Source of the DNA: Takakia lepidozioides
Taxonomy: Eukaryota > Plantae > Bryophyta
Length of the DNA stretch: 64,000 nt
Reading direction: 5' to 3'
Assembly (NCBI GenBank): GCA_030704615.1
Contig: CM060731.1
Span: 58,714,001 to 58,778,000 of the forward strand
This document shows positions 48,144 through 62,100 of the stretch, one piece after another. The position numbers and the translations under genes are program-made. How positions within the stretch are numbered: position 1 is the stretch's first letter; each line of letters starts with the position of its first letter. The notes under the pieces were generated by a model. It saw nothing but the letters and a program-made list of their open reading frames with translations. It had not been told where the DNA came from and did no database searches.

Positions 48144-49885
48144 GTGAAAAGAGGGAAGACTGCAAGAAGCACTAGACATTTTGGATCAGCCAGGTGTTCA
48201 GGCAGACCCCAAAACTTATCTGTCTCTATTGCAGGGGTGTATCAACATGAAAGCCCCTTCTCAGGGAAAGCAGGTGCATGCCCATATTGTCCGCAGTGGA
48301 TTCAAGTCAAACATCTTTGTAGTCAGCAATCTCATTAACATGTATGCCAAGTGTGGGAGCCTAGTGGATGCACGACAAGTGTTTGATGAAATGCCTCAAC
48401 GAAATATATTCACGTGGACAATGATGATCTCAGGATATGCTAAGCATGGGCATGCTGAGGAGGCATTGATGATCTATGACCAAATGCATCAGGAAGGGGT
48501 GGCACCCGACAGGGTCACCTACACAACCGCTCTCAATGCGTGTGCCAGCCTGGGTGTCCTGGAAAAGGGCAAGAGGGTCCATGCTCACATTATAGAACAT
48601 GGAATTGTGTTAGACACTGTTTTGGAGAACTCTCTTCTTGACATGTATTCCGGGAGCATAAAGGATGCGCGCCAAGTGTTCGACAAAATGGCTAGACAAG
48701 ATGTGGTCTCATGGAATGCAATAATCACAGGATATGCTCAGTGTGGGGGTGGTGAAGATGCTCTTAAGATCTATGAGCAAATGCAACGGGAAGGGGTGGC
48801 ACCTGACAGAGTCACATTCATTTGCATTCTCAATGTGTGTGCCAGCCTGGGAGGCCTGGGAAAGGGCAAGCAGGTCCATGTGGACATCATCAGATCTGGA
48901 ATTCCGTCATATATTAATTTGCAGAATACCCTTGTTGACATGTACGCCAAATGTGGCAGCTTGAGGGATGCTCGTCAGGTGTTCGATAAAATGGCCGCAC
49001 GAAATGTGGTTTCATGGAACGCAATGATCACAGGATATGCTCAGCATGGGTTTGGTCGGGAGGCTATTCAATTATTTGAACACATGCAACAATAAGGCCT
49101 GAAGCCAAATGGTATTACCTTCAGCTCAGTTATATCTGCATGCAGTCATATGGGCCTAGTGGATGAAACCAGTCAGTACTTTGATGCCATGAGTAAAGAT
49201 CATGGCCTCACCCCTACAGTGAAGCATTTTGGCTGCATGGTGGACCTTCTTGGCCGTGCAGGGCGATTGGATGAGGCAGAGGACTTCATTAAAAAAATGC
49301 CAATCAAACCAGATGCTTCTGTGTGGGGGGCCTTGCTTGGTGCCTGTCAAATTCATGGTGAAGTGGAGGTGGCAGAACGTGCTGCCAAATTTATCCTTCA
49401 GTGGGATCCACAGCACGTGGCAGCTTATGTGCTGCTCTCCAACATATATGCTGTGGCTGGCAGGTGGGATGATAAATCAAAGGTTAGAATGGACAGATGG
49501 GCACAGCTGCGTTAATATTGACAATGGGTGCATGTGTCAGATGTGTCTACAACTCGAGGTATTCGATGGTCAGCTGAAGAGATCGTCTAGGCCGGTGCAG
49601 GAGGTAAGTTACATGCCTGACATGCCCTTTGTTTTGCATGATGTGGAGATAGAGCAAAAAGAGTCTTCTCTTTACCACCAGTGTGAGAAGCTGGCCATAG
49701 CGTTTGGGCTTATCTGCATACCCCTGGTACGTCTGTCTGTGTCATCAACAAAGCTTTGGGTGTGCGGTGACTGCACAGAGCCACTAAGTTCATCTCAAAG
49801 ATGATTGGATAAGCAGTTATTCTTGGGGATGCCAGCCCTTTCACCACTTCTGAGATGGGTTTGTTCTTGTGTGACTTGTGGGTGA
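48144..49885 (+). pseudogene. PLS-class PPR-DYW pseudogene
   Basis: In-frame TAA at 49093-49095 inside a P motif, a 3-codon loss (DMYSGSI), and a frameshifted DYW remnant (HQCEKLAIAFGLI...WVCGDC). Confidence 0.88.
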
Positions 49886-51729
49886 AACAAGCAACATGCG
49901 TGAAGGATATATTTTGCTTCAAACACGAGAACAGAAGTGAATAATTTCCTGTTGTTATGCATGCAATGATTAAATTTGTAGAAAACAACCTGCAGTTAAT
50001 CCGATTGCACATGTGAGCTTTGAGGTTGCACTTTGAATCAATTTAATTTTAGTGAACTTGTCGTTGCTCTCGCATTCCTGCCCTGTATTCACCTATGAAG
50101 CTTCAAGAGCGTTTCTGAAAGCGATCAAGATGGTTCATCCTTGGTTTCTATGCAATGTAGGCAACTCAAAAGTACCATAGGGTTATCAGTAGTGCAACAT
50201 ACTGCATTTTTAAAGTCAGACCCTCAAAGGATCATCATGATAAATGGGAACTGGATGACTGTCACCTAATGCTGCCATCCGGGGTTTTTATGTGCAGGGA
50301 GGTGCAAAAAATCTTCACGTCTTCACACCCAGATGCCCCCCCCTTATAAGAATGGAGATTCAAAGAAAATGGTCTCCCTGTTTTTTGGTTTTCCTATCTC
50401 CAAAGTGCAGTGGTGGACTCAGCCTACTTGATGCATGTATGGTTTCACCATTAACTTAGCATGGTCGAGTAGCAACAGCTACTGCAAGCATGGGTACCTT
50501 GGCACATGACTATTCCAAAAGCTGATCATGAAATGATCAGTGTTGAGGCATCCTGGTTCTGAAGTGAACTGCAGGCCCTGTACATGTGAGAGTCTTACCA
50601 ACCCAGTTGTTAGATCTTAAAAACTCACCCAAGAACCTTACAAATGGAACTGAACTTGGTAACTGACAAATCTAGTCTTGGTTTGCCACTGGGCTACTAA
50701 TGGCTTTGTAGTCCCATACACTGTTGTTATTGATGGAGGATTCATAAAAGGTAATGCTCCAGTAAACCACTCCTCGACGTTAGCAAAATCAGGTAATGAA
50801 AGAATTTCTCAGGGGAAATGATGCAGCTTTGGAAGGATGCAAATTCCTCACCAGTCTTGAAGTTAGCAAGTGCACATTTGCAACATGGCACTCATGTTAG
50901 GCACCCAGCCAGCCAGCCAGCCCCCCTGCACTAAGTTAGCTACCGATCAGTTGCTCACTAAACTACACTCAGCAGGTGCTGTAGGAAAATCCTACAGAAT
51001 AGGAACACTTAATTCATTTTTGACTCCAAGCGTGCTAAAGTATCTTTCCATGATGCCAAGGACAATATTGGTAAGGCTCAACTTAGCAAGTCCAAGCTCA
51101 AGATCGACGGTCCATACTTCCTGTATCAGCTTTTACGTAGGCGACGTACGCTACTTCTTCCTCAAGGGCCCAATGTTCAGGCACATGATGATCATGTCCA
51201 TCTATCTTGTTCATTTCGAGTTGGTGTTTGATTTGACATGCATCAACGTGGAGGGACTTGTGTGGGGTGACTTGTGTGGATCTCCTCTTCTTCAGCTTAG
51301 TCTTAGACTGCGGCTTTGATAAACTCTATGGTATAGTCTTCTAGATTTTTCTGGACATGATAAATCACCACATGTACTCCCGGTCACCGTTTTCCTACCC
51401 AAGGGTTTTGTCCTGGACCCAACTTGCAGGTCTTTCCTTGGTAGGTTTTTATCCAACAGTGGAAGTTGACTCACTTTTTTATTTTTTCCATCCAACTACT
51501 AGTATTCATCCATTCATCGTATTTTTTCGGTTTTGTACCGCTAGAATCCATTACACTCATGGCATAGCTAGGTGGCACCATCTGCACCATTCATTTAATC
51601 TAGGGCTCAGATTAGGCGCCGTGTGACGGACCTCTCACACCTCGCCACGCGGCAGACAAGGCTAGCCCTAGGGTTTGTTGTATAAGTCCAGCCTGACCGC
51701 TGGTTAGGGTCTTTGTGTACATGAATGTT

Positions 51730-54707
51730 TAGAGGACAACAAAGTTGTAGCCGAGATTCCTCCGCCAGTGCAGACTCCATTCTTGGATGATGACGAGTTG
51801 CAGGAGATAACGAGTGTCATTCCGAAATTGAAAGCCCTTGCAGGGATGTCTGGGTGCAAGAGCGAGCTGCGTTTTGTTGATTGGGAGTCCCTTTGGGTGC
51901 AGCGGGTTCAATATGTGCCAGCACAGAGTTTGACGGGGACATCATGTTTGAGCTCAACCCTCCCACGTCTTCCAGTGGACTAACTGGGCTTCTGCAGGGC
52001 ATGGACAAGAAACATGACGGGCACCATTGGTGCAGGACAAAAACAGGAGTCGCTATGAATTCATTCAAAACAGTATCTTCCCTGGCCAGGGTTCCTCCAA
52101 GGTGTATTTGTTCAAGATGTCCACAGTGGGCGAAGGCAGTGGTGTGAGCATAGTCCGCCGAATGCAACCTGGATGAGATTTGACAAAATGTTGGTTAATG
52201 TTTGATCACTGCAAACGGGTGAAAGGTTGGCAACCATGGCGTGCCATGTGTACGATCCAGCGTACCAGCGTGTGCTCTCCATGGCAATTTGTGATATGCA
52301 GTCGGAGGACACTGAATCCTAGATGCTCATGTGGAATTCTCTCATGGCTGTCATGCAGCACAATGGAATGCAGAACATAAATTTTTCTTCATGGCTGATA
52401 GTGCACAGGCAAATTTCAATGCAATGCGGCGCGTCTTTGGTTCGGGGGATCCTAAGTTCCCAATGGAAAATAGGGAGCGCACATGCCTCTTCCATTGGAA
52501 TCAATCTCTGGTACATCATACGAAGCGCTGCATTTGCCCTGACCTTCAGTTGGAGCACAGAAGGCTCTGCCTCAAGTACAAAAATGTCACCTCAATGGGA
52601 GAAGCTGAGAGCACTTACCAAGCAATCCGGGCTTGGTGGTTCTCCTCTGGTGCTGCTACTGGTATCCACCTGAAGGAGTTGGAGGACTGGTTGGTTTTCT
52701 GGGGCACTTCAGGTACAGATAGTGGGAGCTTTCATGACGACGGTAAGCCTCTTCAATCCCAGAAACACAAATTTCACTTTGCATCGTGTCTGTTCGTTTG
52801 TGGTTGTTGGATTGTCACTTGCAGAACCTCTTCCATTTCCTTTCGTTCCTCATATTTGCATGCAATGCCTCCTGCAGGACATGTCCTTGGAGGACTTGGC
52901 CAACATGCCTTCCTGTAATTTGGCGGAGACTGTTCACAACGCCTGGATGCAGCAGTCAACCAAAGCAGGACGTGACTTGTATGTGGCCACTGCAGATGAC
53001 ATGGTGCGGGCACTTACACAACAAACCAAGTACGGCAATTTTCTGATGGGATGGGGCGGAGGCAAGGGCCCTGATACGACTTTGTTGATGCTAAGGGTTG
53101 CGAGCAGGTCCGGAGACCCATCGAAGATGGCCAGAGCTCTGAACAGGTGCACTGAAGGCTCCTCTTTGCAATCCAAGGTCCCCCATTTGGAAGGCGAGGA
53201 AACATTTGGATCATGCAAAAGGAAATTGAACACTCCTCCAGGGTCGGATGGAGATTCCCATCGGCCGGACAGGGTCACTTTCTCTGTACCAAAGGTGTCT
53301 CCGGTGCAGACTAAGTCGTGTGCCCGCCCCTTCCCAGGTGGGTCCTCTTCCAGTGGAGCAGGTGCAAATCATGCAAGCACAGCAGCAGGAATCCCATTGG
53401 AGGAGGTGGTATCCTTGGTGCATGAATCTGATTGCATTGATAGTGAGTGGCATATAGAACGCACCCCATCAGGATCTAGAGTGGCTTGCATGGCAATTTG
53501 GACCCCCTCTTTCAGGAAATGCAAATAAAAACTATGCAAAGGCTCTAGGGGGACTCCAGCTCCAACATTCACAGGGTTGTTTCGGCCTTATCATAGTGGG
53601 GAGTCAAAGGACCACAAGTTCTGGTTCTGCCCAGACGATATGGCACGATGCGTCAAGGGAACAGTTCGTCCTTCGGTGATAATGAAGCCCCATCCCCCCG
53701 CAATTTGGCCTGTGAAATTTGGGACGTCGCTGTCATCAACCGAGATAATCATGCTGGAGGAGGGAGGGTTCCATCTTGCACGGTCCCGGGTGGTGCCCTC
53801 ATGCTTTATGGGCACAGATGTGCCACATGCTCCGGCAATGCCTCCACCTAGTGTTGACTCCCACCCAACAAAAAGAGATGGAAAAACAGTGCGCCGTGTC
53901 GCTTCGGGTGCAGATCACGACTGCAAGATGGAATCGGCTAGAATTTTGCAGGCTCGGGTGACTCGTATCACCGAAGTCCCTGCCCCGGGGTATGGACGGA
54001 TTTACACAGTGTTGTCTACTGGCTCAGTTCTTCATGGCAAAAAATATCAGGTTACCGTGGGGAATTTCCCTACATGCACTTGTCCGGATTTTGAAACGAT
54101 GCGTGAGGGTGCTCTCGGCATTAGAGGGAAGTGGGTCCCCTGCAAGCATCGATATTACATATACCTTGTAATTATGTGCTGCGACGGTAAGAGAGACCAA
54201 TTCATTCACCAAGCCACACTAGGCTACGGAGAAATCATCACTCTTCTGCAGCGGGACACCTCGCGTAGGGCTCCGCCAGATTTTCTTTGAACACATACGA
54301 GCCATGCCCACTTCCCATGCTGGTTTCCAGGTTATCGTGTGAAGACTTTGCATTTAGGACAAACACATACATTTTGTTCACGGAACCAGGGCAATTGCAC
54401 ATGCCATTCATTGTAAGCGTCTATCTGTGAATTGAAATAAAGTGTGTCAATCATTCTGAGCTCAAATATGCCATATGTTCATATTCCTCTTTTTGTGCAG
54501 GCATTGCAGACATAGTGCATGGTGGCCCCCTTTGTTTTGTCCACGGTAATAGGCCCTCTTCCTGCAATCCTCGCCTATAGGACCTGCTTCTCCAGCAGAT
54601 TTGTGCCGCTCACGCTTCCCTGGAGCGTGAGCTCAGCTCACGCTTTGCAGCTACAACATGAGCTCAGCTCCCAGGCTCACAGGGCTAGGCTCACGCCGTA
54701 GCTACGT
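51730..54707 (+). mobile_element. Decayed Mutator-like (MULE-type DDE) transposase gene with a C-terminal SWIM zinc finger; intron 52743-52877
   Basis: Fragments WLMFDH (D1), FMADSAQAN (D2), CLFHW (CxxH), NLAETVH (E) and SWIM CTCPDF...CKH, with stops and frameshifts. A GC-rich hairpin cluster at 54620-54707 is a candidate terminus. Confidence 0.7.
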
Positions 54708-56435
54708 TGGTATCAAACAAGGGTTTCAGACAGCATGGGTTATAGAGGCCATTGCCCTTCAATTCAAAGTGGGAAAGGAAAGAGATATCACGCTCGCACT
54801 CACCTTAGGGGTGCTCCAAGAGTTCTTCCCTAATCTAAACTCACTTTAAATCACATTCAACACATTGGCATCATGGTTGTTAACAATGAATCTCATCCAG
54901 ATTTAGCAATTGTATATGTCATGCCAGTGATCTACAGTAGATTGAGGTGTCAGCCACAACATTGGAGGAGATGTTAAACTGATTTGCCACCGCCAGTACG
55001 AGCTCCCTATTTGTGTTTGGCTGCAGCTGGGGCTGTTTTCCTTTCTCCTTCTGTATTTCGTAATGTTTGTCCACCCATTTGAGACCTTGCTCGAAGATCT
55101 GTTTGCTGCGAGCCCATTCATATGGATCCTTGACCCTCCATGAGAGAAAGTACTTGCACACCCAAATCCATGAGTTATGGGCACCCGTGGTATCCAGACT
55201 CACTTTCCTGCTACCAGAGGAGACCATCGAATCGCCTCCAATGGTAAGCATGACCTCCCATGCTTGCTCCCCCCTCTGTTTCTGTGTCCCTCATGCTACT
55301 GGTCTGGACCCTCATGCTGGACAGTCATCCAACTCACCAAAAACTCTTGCCAGGTTGGTGGGACTCCACATCACTCCCCTCATCCCCATCGGCACTTCTC
55401 TTTCTTTCTCAGATTCTTTCTTGGGACATCTCTGCTCGGAAACCTCTTGATCCACAAAGACAGTGCAAACCAATATCTTCCCATCAACTACAATAGCAAA
55501 AGGAAGAGGTCCAGAATAGTGTACACTTGGAAACTTCCACGTTTGCTTCCCCCTCCCAAAGGATTCAAATGGGTCTCAGCTTTACCTTCATCAGACAGAT
55601 GCACAAAATTTCTTTTCAATCCTCTATGGCCATAGATCATGCTAACAACATGGGCCTTCCACTCGCCAACTCATGAACCTCTCTCTTTCTTCTTGGAATA
55701 TAAGAGGCCTGGGACCTCACCATTCTGCCCCGAAAAGGGCAAGGGTAAGAACTTGGGCCTCAGGATTTATTCGTGGCTTCAATCTCATCTTTCTGCAAGA
55801 ACATAAGCTAGACCACACTAAAATCACCTCTCTAGGAGCATCCTTCTGGCCCTCTGCCACTGCTTTCTGGAACCCAACAATAATAGACTCCAAGGGAGGC
55901 ATCGCAATTTTGCTCTCTCCTTCTCTACAACAAACGCTTGTTTCCAATGACATCTGGATTCAGGGAAGAGTCTAGTTTCTAGTTTTGACCTGGGTCAAAC
56001 CCTAGGCATGGTGGGTGTCATTAACATTTATGCCCCAAACGGGAAAGAAGAAAGGGTGGCTTTGTAGGATCACATCAGGGACAAGATGCTGCAACACACT
56101 AACATCCAACACTGGATAGCGGGGGGAGATTTCAACATGGTGGAGGAGGATACAGACAGGCTGGGACAAGTTGCTCATGGCATATCGACAGTAGAAAAGA
56201 ATTCATGGGACTCACTTTGCATAACTGTGGGCCTACTGGATGTCACAACGCCAAAACAAAGAGAGCTCAAATTCACATGGACAAACAACAGGGATCTGCC
56301 TAACCTTTGATAAGCAGGTCTGGACAGATATTGATGTACAACAACTCTGACGACTTGGTCTAAGAGAATCCCACTCCAGCCCATACAACCTGGTTTTGAT
56401 CATGCCTCCGTCCACATGATGTTGAGCACCCCATG

Positions 56436-59400
56436 TGTCGTGGCCCTTTGCCTTGAGGGCAGGGGGTCGGGACACAAGAGGGGCTGCCCCTGTGGTGGGG
56501 GCAGTGGCAGCGATAGGTATGGGGGGTTGAAGCACCCTTGAGTGCCCAAGGCACTCAAGGAGGCGGAGGCGCTCACTAGGTGGAGCCCCGCACACCGGAT
56601 TGCGGTGGGGGTGGCTCCACAAGGGGTGGTGGTAGCTTAGCGGGACTTAGTGGGGGTGGCATAGGACTCACCCTGGGGCGGAGACCTCGTGGTGGGAGTC
56701 GTGGGGAGTCTTGGGACTCATCACGGTCCATAGGGGCCGTGGTGGGTGGGCCAAGACTCACCGTGACTCATCACCGGGAGTCGAGGGTGTTCGTGGTGGT
56801 TCGCCATAAAATGGCATGGTTGTTTGTGAAACCCCCGCGGACAGCTACAGAAGTATATATAGGGAGTAGTAACCCCGAGAACGGTGCAAGCCCGCTGGTG
56901 ACCCAAAACTAGTGAGTAAGCGAGCGAGCCGGAAAGCGACCAAAGAGTGGGGAGCGGTTCCGGACTGCCAACTACCAAAGGGAATTCCGCTGGTTCCAAA
57001 TCGTTGGAGGGTTCTTTGGGAGATCAAAGGGGGACCGTTATGCCCCGGTGAGCAGCCGGAGCTCCAAGTTGGCCCGACGGCCAGGTTGGGAGTTAGGCGC
57101 GCGCATCAAGCGAGTAACTATGACTTGAGGGGGGGGAGATTACCAAAGTGAGGTGCGCGACACTTGGTATCAGAGCTTAGAGTTCAGTACGCGATCGTCC
57201 TTGGGATTGGCCTCATCATGGCGGGCAAGCCAAAGCGAAAGCTGAACGGCCCAAAAGATGATGATCCTGGTGAGCCCGATGGGGGCGACGTGTTACCGAG
57301 GCGACCGTTTGAGGAAGTGATGCATGTTTCCGAAAACGAGGCCGCTCAAGAGCGGGAGGAATCTGAGGAGTCGGAGCCTGAGGAATCCTTGAGAGCTCCG
57401 ACCGACCAACAGATGTCTCCCATGCCGGCAGCCTTTTGGGAAGGGTTGTTGGCGCAATTTGGCGGGACGTTGAAAGACGTGTTGAAGGCGGCTAATGCCA
57501 CTTCCACTAACCTGGCACCTTCGAGGGCGTCCGAAATCAGAAGGCACTCAACACCTGGCTCTTGGAGCTAGAGCAGTACTTCCGGGCGGCCAAGTTGAAT
57601 GACGAGGATTGGGTGGAAGTGGCTCCCACCTATTTGAGGGGCTATGCTCAACAATGGTGGCAGAAACGCCTTCACGACCGAGGTCCAAGCCCGGAAACCT
57701 TGAACTGGAGTGGGTTCAAGGAATTGATGAAGAAACAGTTTGTGCCCCTCAACTCGTCCTGGCTCGCCCGGGACAAGATGAGGAATTTGAAGCAAACAGA
57801 TGACATTCGGGGATATGTCCAGGCTTTCAATGTGTTGTTGCTCGAAGTCGCGGACATGGCGGAACCAGAAATGGTCTTCAACTTTGTGGCGGGACTGGCC
57901 CCATGGGCCAGGCGGAAGTTGGAGGAGAAGCCACCTAAGACTTTGAACGAGGCAATTGAGAGGGCTGAATGTTTTTCGGATGTCCCTAAGGGTGAAAGAC
58001 AAGGCCGTACGGAGCTGAACCACAAGAAGACCCGACGGGAAGGTGACTCCTTCCGACCAGAAAAGAAGTGGGATAGGCCACGCGGCGACAATGGCACGTG
58101 GAAATCGAAGTGAGGGCCTTCACAAGTCAAGGCGGCACCCGATGCTTCGAAAGGAAAAGCGGGTGGAGCGGCCTATGGCGGACAGAATGCGACCTTTGAT
58201 GGAGTGTGTTTCAATTGCGGGGAGCCCGGGCACATGGCCAAGAAGTGCGTGAAGCCCTGGCAATTGAACATGACTCGGGCGACCACAGAGCTGTCGAAAG
58301 ATACCATCAGTCGCTTGGTGGAAGCGGTGGTCGCCAGGACTTGCAAGGTAGGCAAATTTTCTTGTGAGTCGTATCAGGAAATTGGCGCCTTACGTAAAGG
58401 GAGTCAGTTATTGTTCGTGGATGGGATAATATCCGGAACTAACGTGTCGTTGTTGGTGGACACAGGAGCGTCGCACTCCTTCATGACACCGGCAACGACA
58501 CAAAAGCTGGGACTCCCGACAAGTGACGTGGGGGCCTCTATTGAGGTGCGTTCTGCCAAAGGAGAACCGCAATTGGCGACAAGGTTGGTGTTTGATGTTC
58601 CTCTTCAACTGGGGAGTTGGGAGGGACGTGAGAACTTCACCATCTGCGAGATCGATGGAGTGGATCTCATTTTGGGGATGACCTTTTTGAGCAAATCCGG
58701 AGCGGTCATAGATGGCCGCAAGAGAGTAGTCACGCTGCCATGTGGGAATGGTGGCGAGGTCTTACGAGTGTCGGAAACGCCCAAACCCGTGGGAGGGAGA
58801 ATAAACCTTCTGTCAGCAAGGGAGTGGGCCGTGGAGGAGGCACACGAGCCCCAGTTTTTGCTCTACATTAGAGAAGTGAAGGGAGAAGGCGATGGGGAGC
58901 CGAGCCCAGATTGGATCAAGGGGATTTTGGAAAAATACCAGGATGTGATGCCGGAGGATTTACCAAGCGCCTTGCCACCGCGAAGAGGAGTTGACCACAA
59001 GATTGAGGTAATACCGGGATCGGAACCGCCTGCCAAGGCGCCCTACCGGTTGAGCCACAGAGAGTTGGTCGAGCTGAAGACTCAGCTCAAAGATCTAATG
59101 TCAAAGGGGTACATCCGGCCGAGTAAGTCACCTTACGGAGCCCCGGTGCTATTCGCAGACAAGAAGGATGGGACGTTGCGGATGTGTGTCGATTACAGGG
59201 CTTTGAATAAGGTGACTATCAAAAACCGGTACCCTTTGCCAAGGATCGACGACCTTTTCGATCGGTTGGCAGGAGCGAAGTATTTTAGCCGGATCGATCT
59301 GCGCTCCGGCTATCATCAAATTCGAGTCGCAGAAGGAGATGAAGAGAAGACCGCGTGCAGGACAAGGTATGGTTTATATGAGTTCTTGGTGATGCCTTTT

Positions 59401-61335
59401 GGACTCACCAACGCTCCCGCGACCTTTAGCATGCTGATGAACAGCCTTTTCCAGGAGTGGTTGGATGACTTCGTGATCGTGTACATCGACGACATCTTGG
59501 TGTATTCAAAAACAAAGGAGGAGCACCTGGAGCACCTCAAAAGGGTGTTCCAGAAATTGCGGGAAAGGAAGCTGTATGCCAAAGCTTCAAAGTGCGAATT
59601 CGGGGTCACAAAAGTGGAGTTCCTAGGGCATGTGATTACACATGATGGGATCAGAATGGATGACAGGAAGGTGAGGGCAATCTTGGACTGGGAGCCTCCG
59701 ACTTCGGTCCCGGGAGTGCGATCATTCCTAGGACTTGCCTCCTATTATCGAAAGTATGTGAAAAATTTCGCCAAGATCGCGGGGCCGCTGTCAGACCTTC
59801 TGTGTAAATCCAAAGTCTGGGCATGGAACACCTTTTGTGGCCAAGCTTTTGTGGAATTGAAGCAGCGGATGGCAGAAGCTCCAGTCTTGAAAATCCCGGA
59901 GTTCGATCGTCCGTTCGAGATTCATACAGATGCGTCGGACTTCGCAATTGGGGGTATACTGATGCAAGATGGACGTTCAGTGGCTTACGAAAGTAAGAAA
60001 CTGAATGAAGTGGAGCGACGGTGGCCGACGCACGAGAAAGAGATGAAGGCGGTGGTGCACTGTCTTGAGCTTTGGCGCCACTATGTTGGTTCCAACCCAG
60101 TGAAGGTGTTCACGGACAATGTCACGGTGAAGTATTTTGTCACGCAGCCCAAGTTGTCCCCAAAACAACTTAGGTGACAAGATACTTTGGCGGTGTTCGA
60201 CGTGGATATCCAGTACAAACCGGGACGGGACAACGTGGTGGCCGATGCTTTAAGTAGAAAGCAGCAGCTCATGTTGGTGTACAGGGGCGAGACGGCGCTC
60301 CAAAGGAAGATCCGGAAGGCTTGCCGGAAGGATGAGCTGGCGAAGTCCGTGATGCAGGACTTGAGGATGGGGGTTAAATCGCAGTTCCACTTGCAAAATG
60401 GACTGCTCCGGTATAAGCAAAAGCGTCTCTACGTGCCGAAGGGAGGGATCAGAGATAGCCTCTTGAGAGAATGCCATGATAGCCCGCTTGCGGGCCACGG
60501 CAGAGCCAAGCGCACTGCGGCACTCTTGAAGAAAGAGTATTTCTGGCCCAAACTGAGGGAGGAGGCAGAGGAGTATGTCAAGACATGCACCACATGCCAA
60601 CAAAACCGGAGCGAGTACAAAAAGCAAGTGGGGCTGTTACAACCCTTGCCGATTCCAGAGGGGACTTGGGAAAGCGTCTCGATGGATTTCATGACTGCTA
60701 TGCCGCTGTCAAAATGATTCGATGCAATCATGGTGGTGGTGGATAGGTTCAGTAAAATGGGCCATTTCATCCCCACCAAGGAGACGGCAACGGCGCAGGA
60801 AACAGAGCGACTTTACTACGCCCACGTATTAAAGCATCATGGAGTCCCGAAGGATATTGTCTCGGACCGCGATCCAAAGTTTACGAGTAAATTTTGGAGG
60901 GCACTTTGGAAGAAGATGGGGACGATGCTGAAGATGAGCACCGCCTTCCGACCTACGACCGACGGCCAAACGGAAAGAGTGAATTCCGTAGTGAAGCAGA
61001 TCTTGCAGAATTACGTGTCGGCAGACCAAACAGACTGGGTGGAACACTTAGACGCGGTAGAGTTCTGTTATAATAACACAGAACACTCCGCAACGGGAGT
61101 TTCCCCTTTCGTATTGGTCTATGGAAAAGCACCTCTGGTGCCGACAAGTTGGGTCGCCCAGGATGTTGAGGAACCGGCAGTAGCGGCGGTACTGGAAGAA
61201 CGCGAACGTTTGTTGAAGCTCGCAAAGTACAACATTGCCAAAGCTAGGAAACGGTATGAAAGGCAGGCGAATCGGAAGCGGAGGAAAGTTAAGTTTGAGG
61301 CAGGCACGGAGGTCTGGTTGAACATCAAGAATTTC
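56436..61335 (+). mobile_element. Ty3/gypsy chromovirus-family element: 5' LTR 56436-57162, PBS, gag, protease, RT, RNase H, integrase; 3'-truncated
   Basis: LTR TGTCGTGG...GCGCGACA; knuckle [14 protein letters not shown]; LVDTGAS; YIDDILVYS; TDASDFAIG; CHDSPLAGH...CTTCQ; SDRDPKF; DGQTER. In-frame stops at ~60175 and ~60715. Confidence 0.95.
57165..57176 (+). promoter_or_regulatory. Primer-binding site complementary to the initiator tRNA-Met 3' end
   Basis: TGGTATCAGAGC lies 2 nt after the LTR-terminal CA. Confidence 0.9.
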
Positions 61336-62100
61336 CGAGGGTAGGGGCTTCTTCAAACTCAACTTCACATTCCTCAAAAATCCGGAGGTCATTCAAACTT
61401 TACAACAGACATGGGCAACTACGGAGGCACCTTTCACTTCACCAACTTTGTGCTTCCTGACAAAACTCGGAATACTCAGGAACAAATGCCAAGCAATCTC
61501 ACGGGAAAAAACAGATGATTCTAACAGGAGGCAGAAAGCCCTCACGAAATGCCTGGAGGTTTGCCAGTATCAATTGCAGACTAGACATGAGGGCCCTTAC
61601 ACAATGTTTTCATACAAAACTGCCAAACAGAATTGTCCCTGTTGTTGGATGCCAAGGAAGAATTCATGAGGATCAAGGCAGGAGTCAACTGGTCACTCAA
61701 AGGCGAAAAGATGAATAAATACTTCTTCATCAAAACAGCTCAAAGGCGTTCTGCAACCCTTGTTCCGGCCCTGCGGGATTTAGCCACAGGTCTGCTGGTG
61801 GACAACCCCAAGATAATGGCTTCTGTGGCTGCAGGTTACTTCAAAAGCCTTTTTCAAAAACAACAGCCATCACTTCTAAAAGACCAGGCCACAGCAACCC
61901 TGCTGCAGCACATTCCCTACGCAATCTCTCAAAGAGACAAAGCAATTTTGGCTGAACCATTCTCCATGGAGGAACTGGGTAAAGCGGTGGAGTCCATGGC
62001 ATCCCAGAAATCTCTAGGCTTGGATGGCCTCCCTGTAGAGCTCTTCAAAGCAATGTGGTAGACCCTTGGGGAAGAATACCTATTCATGGCCAATGACATT

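Larger units (their letters stand above)
55673..62100 (+). mobile_element. L1/Tx1-type LINE ORF2 (APE endonuclease and start of RT), degenerate, interrupted at 56435 by a chromovirus and at 62100 by another LTR element
   Basis: SWNIRGL, IFLQEHK, NIYAPN, GGDFNMV, FTWTN and DH lie at 55673-56435. It resumes at ~61336 with RGFFKLN, GEKMNKYFF and KSLGLDGLPVELFK. Confidence 0.85.

Noticed and set aside
50200-51620. Possible exon remnants or TE sequence
   Set aside because: Candidate frames contain stops and no family could be recognised.
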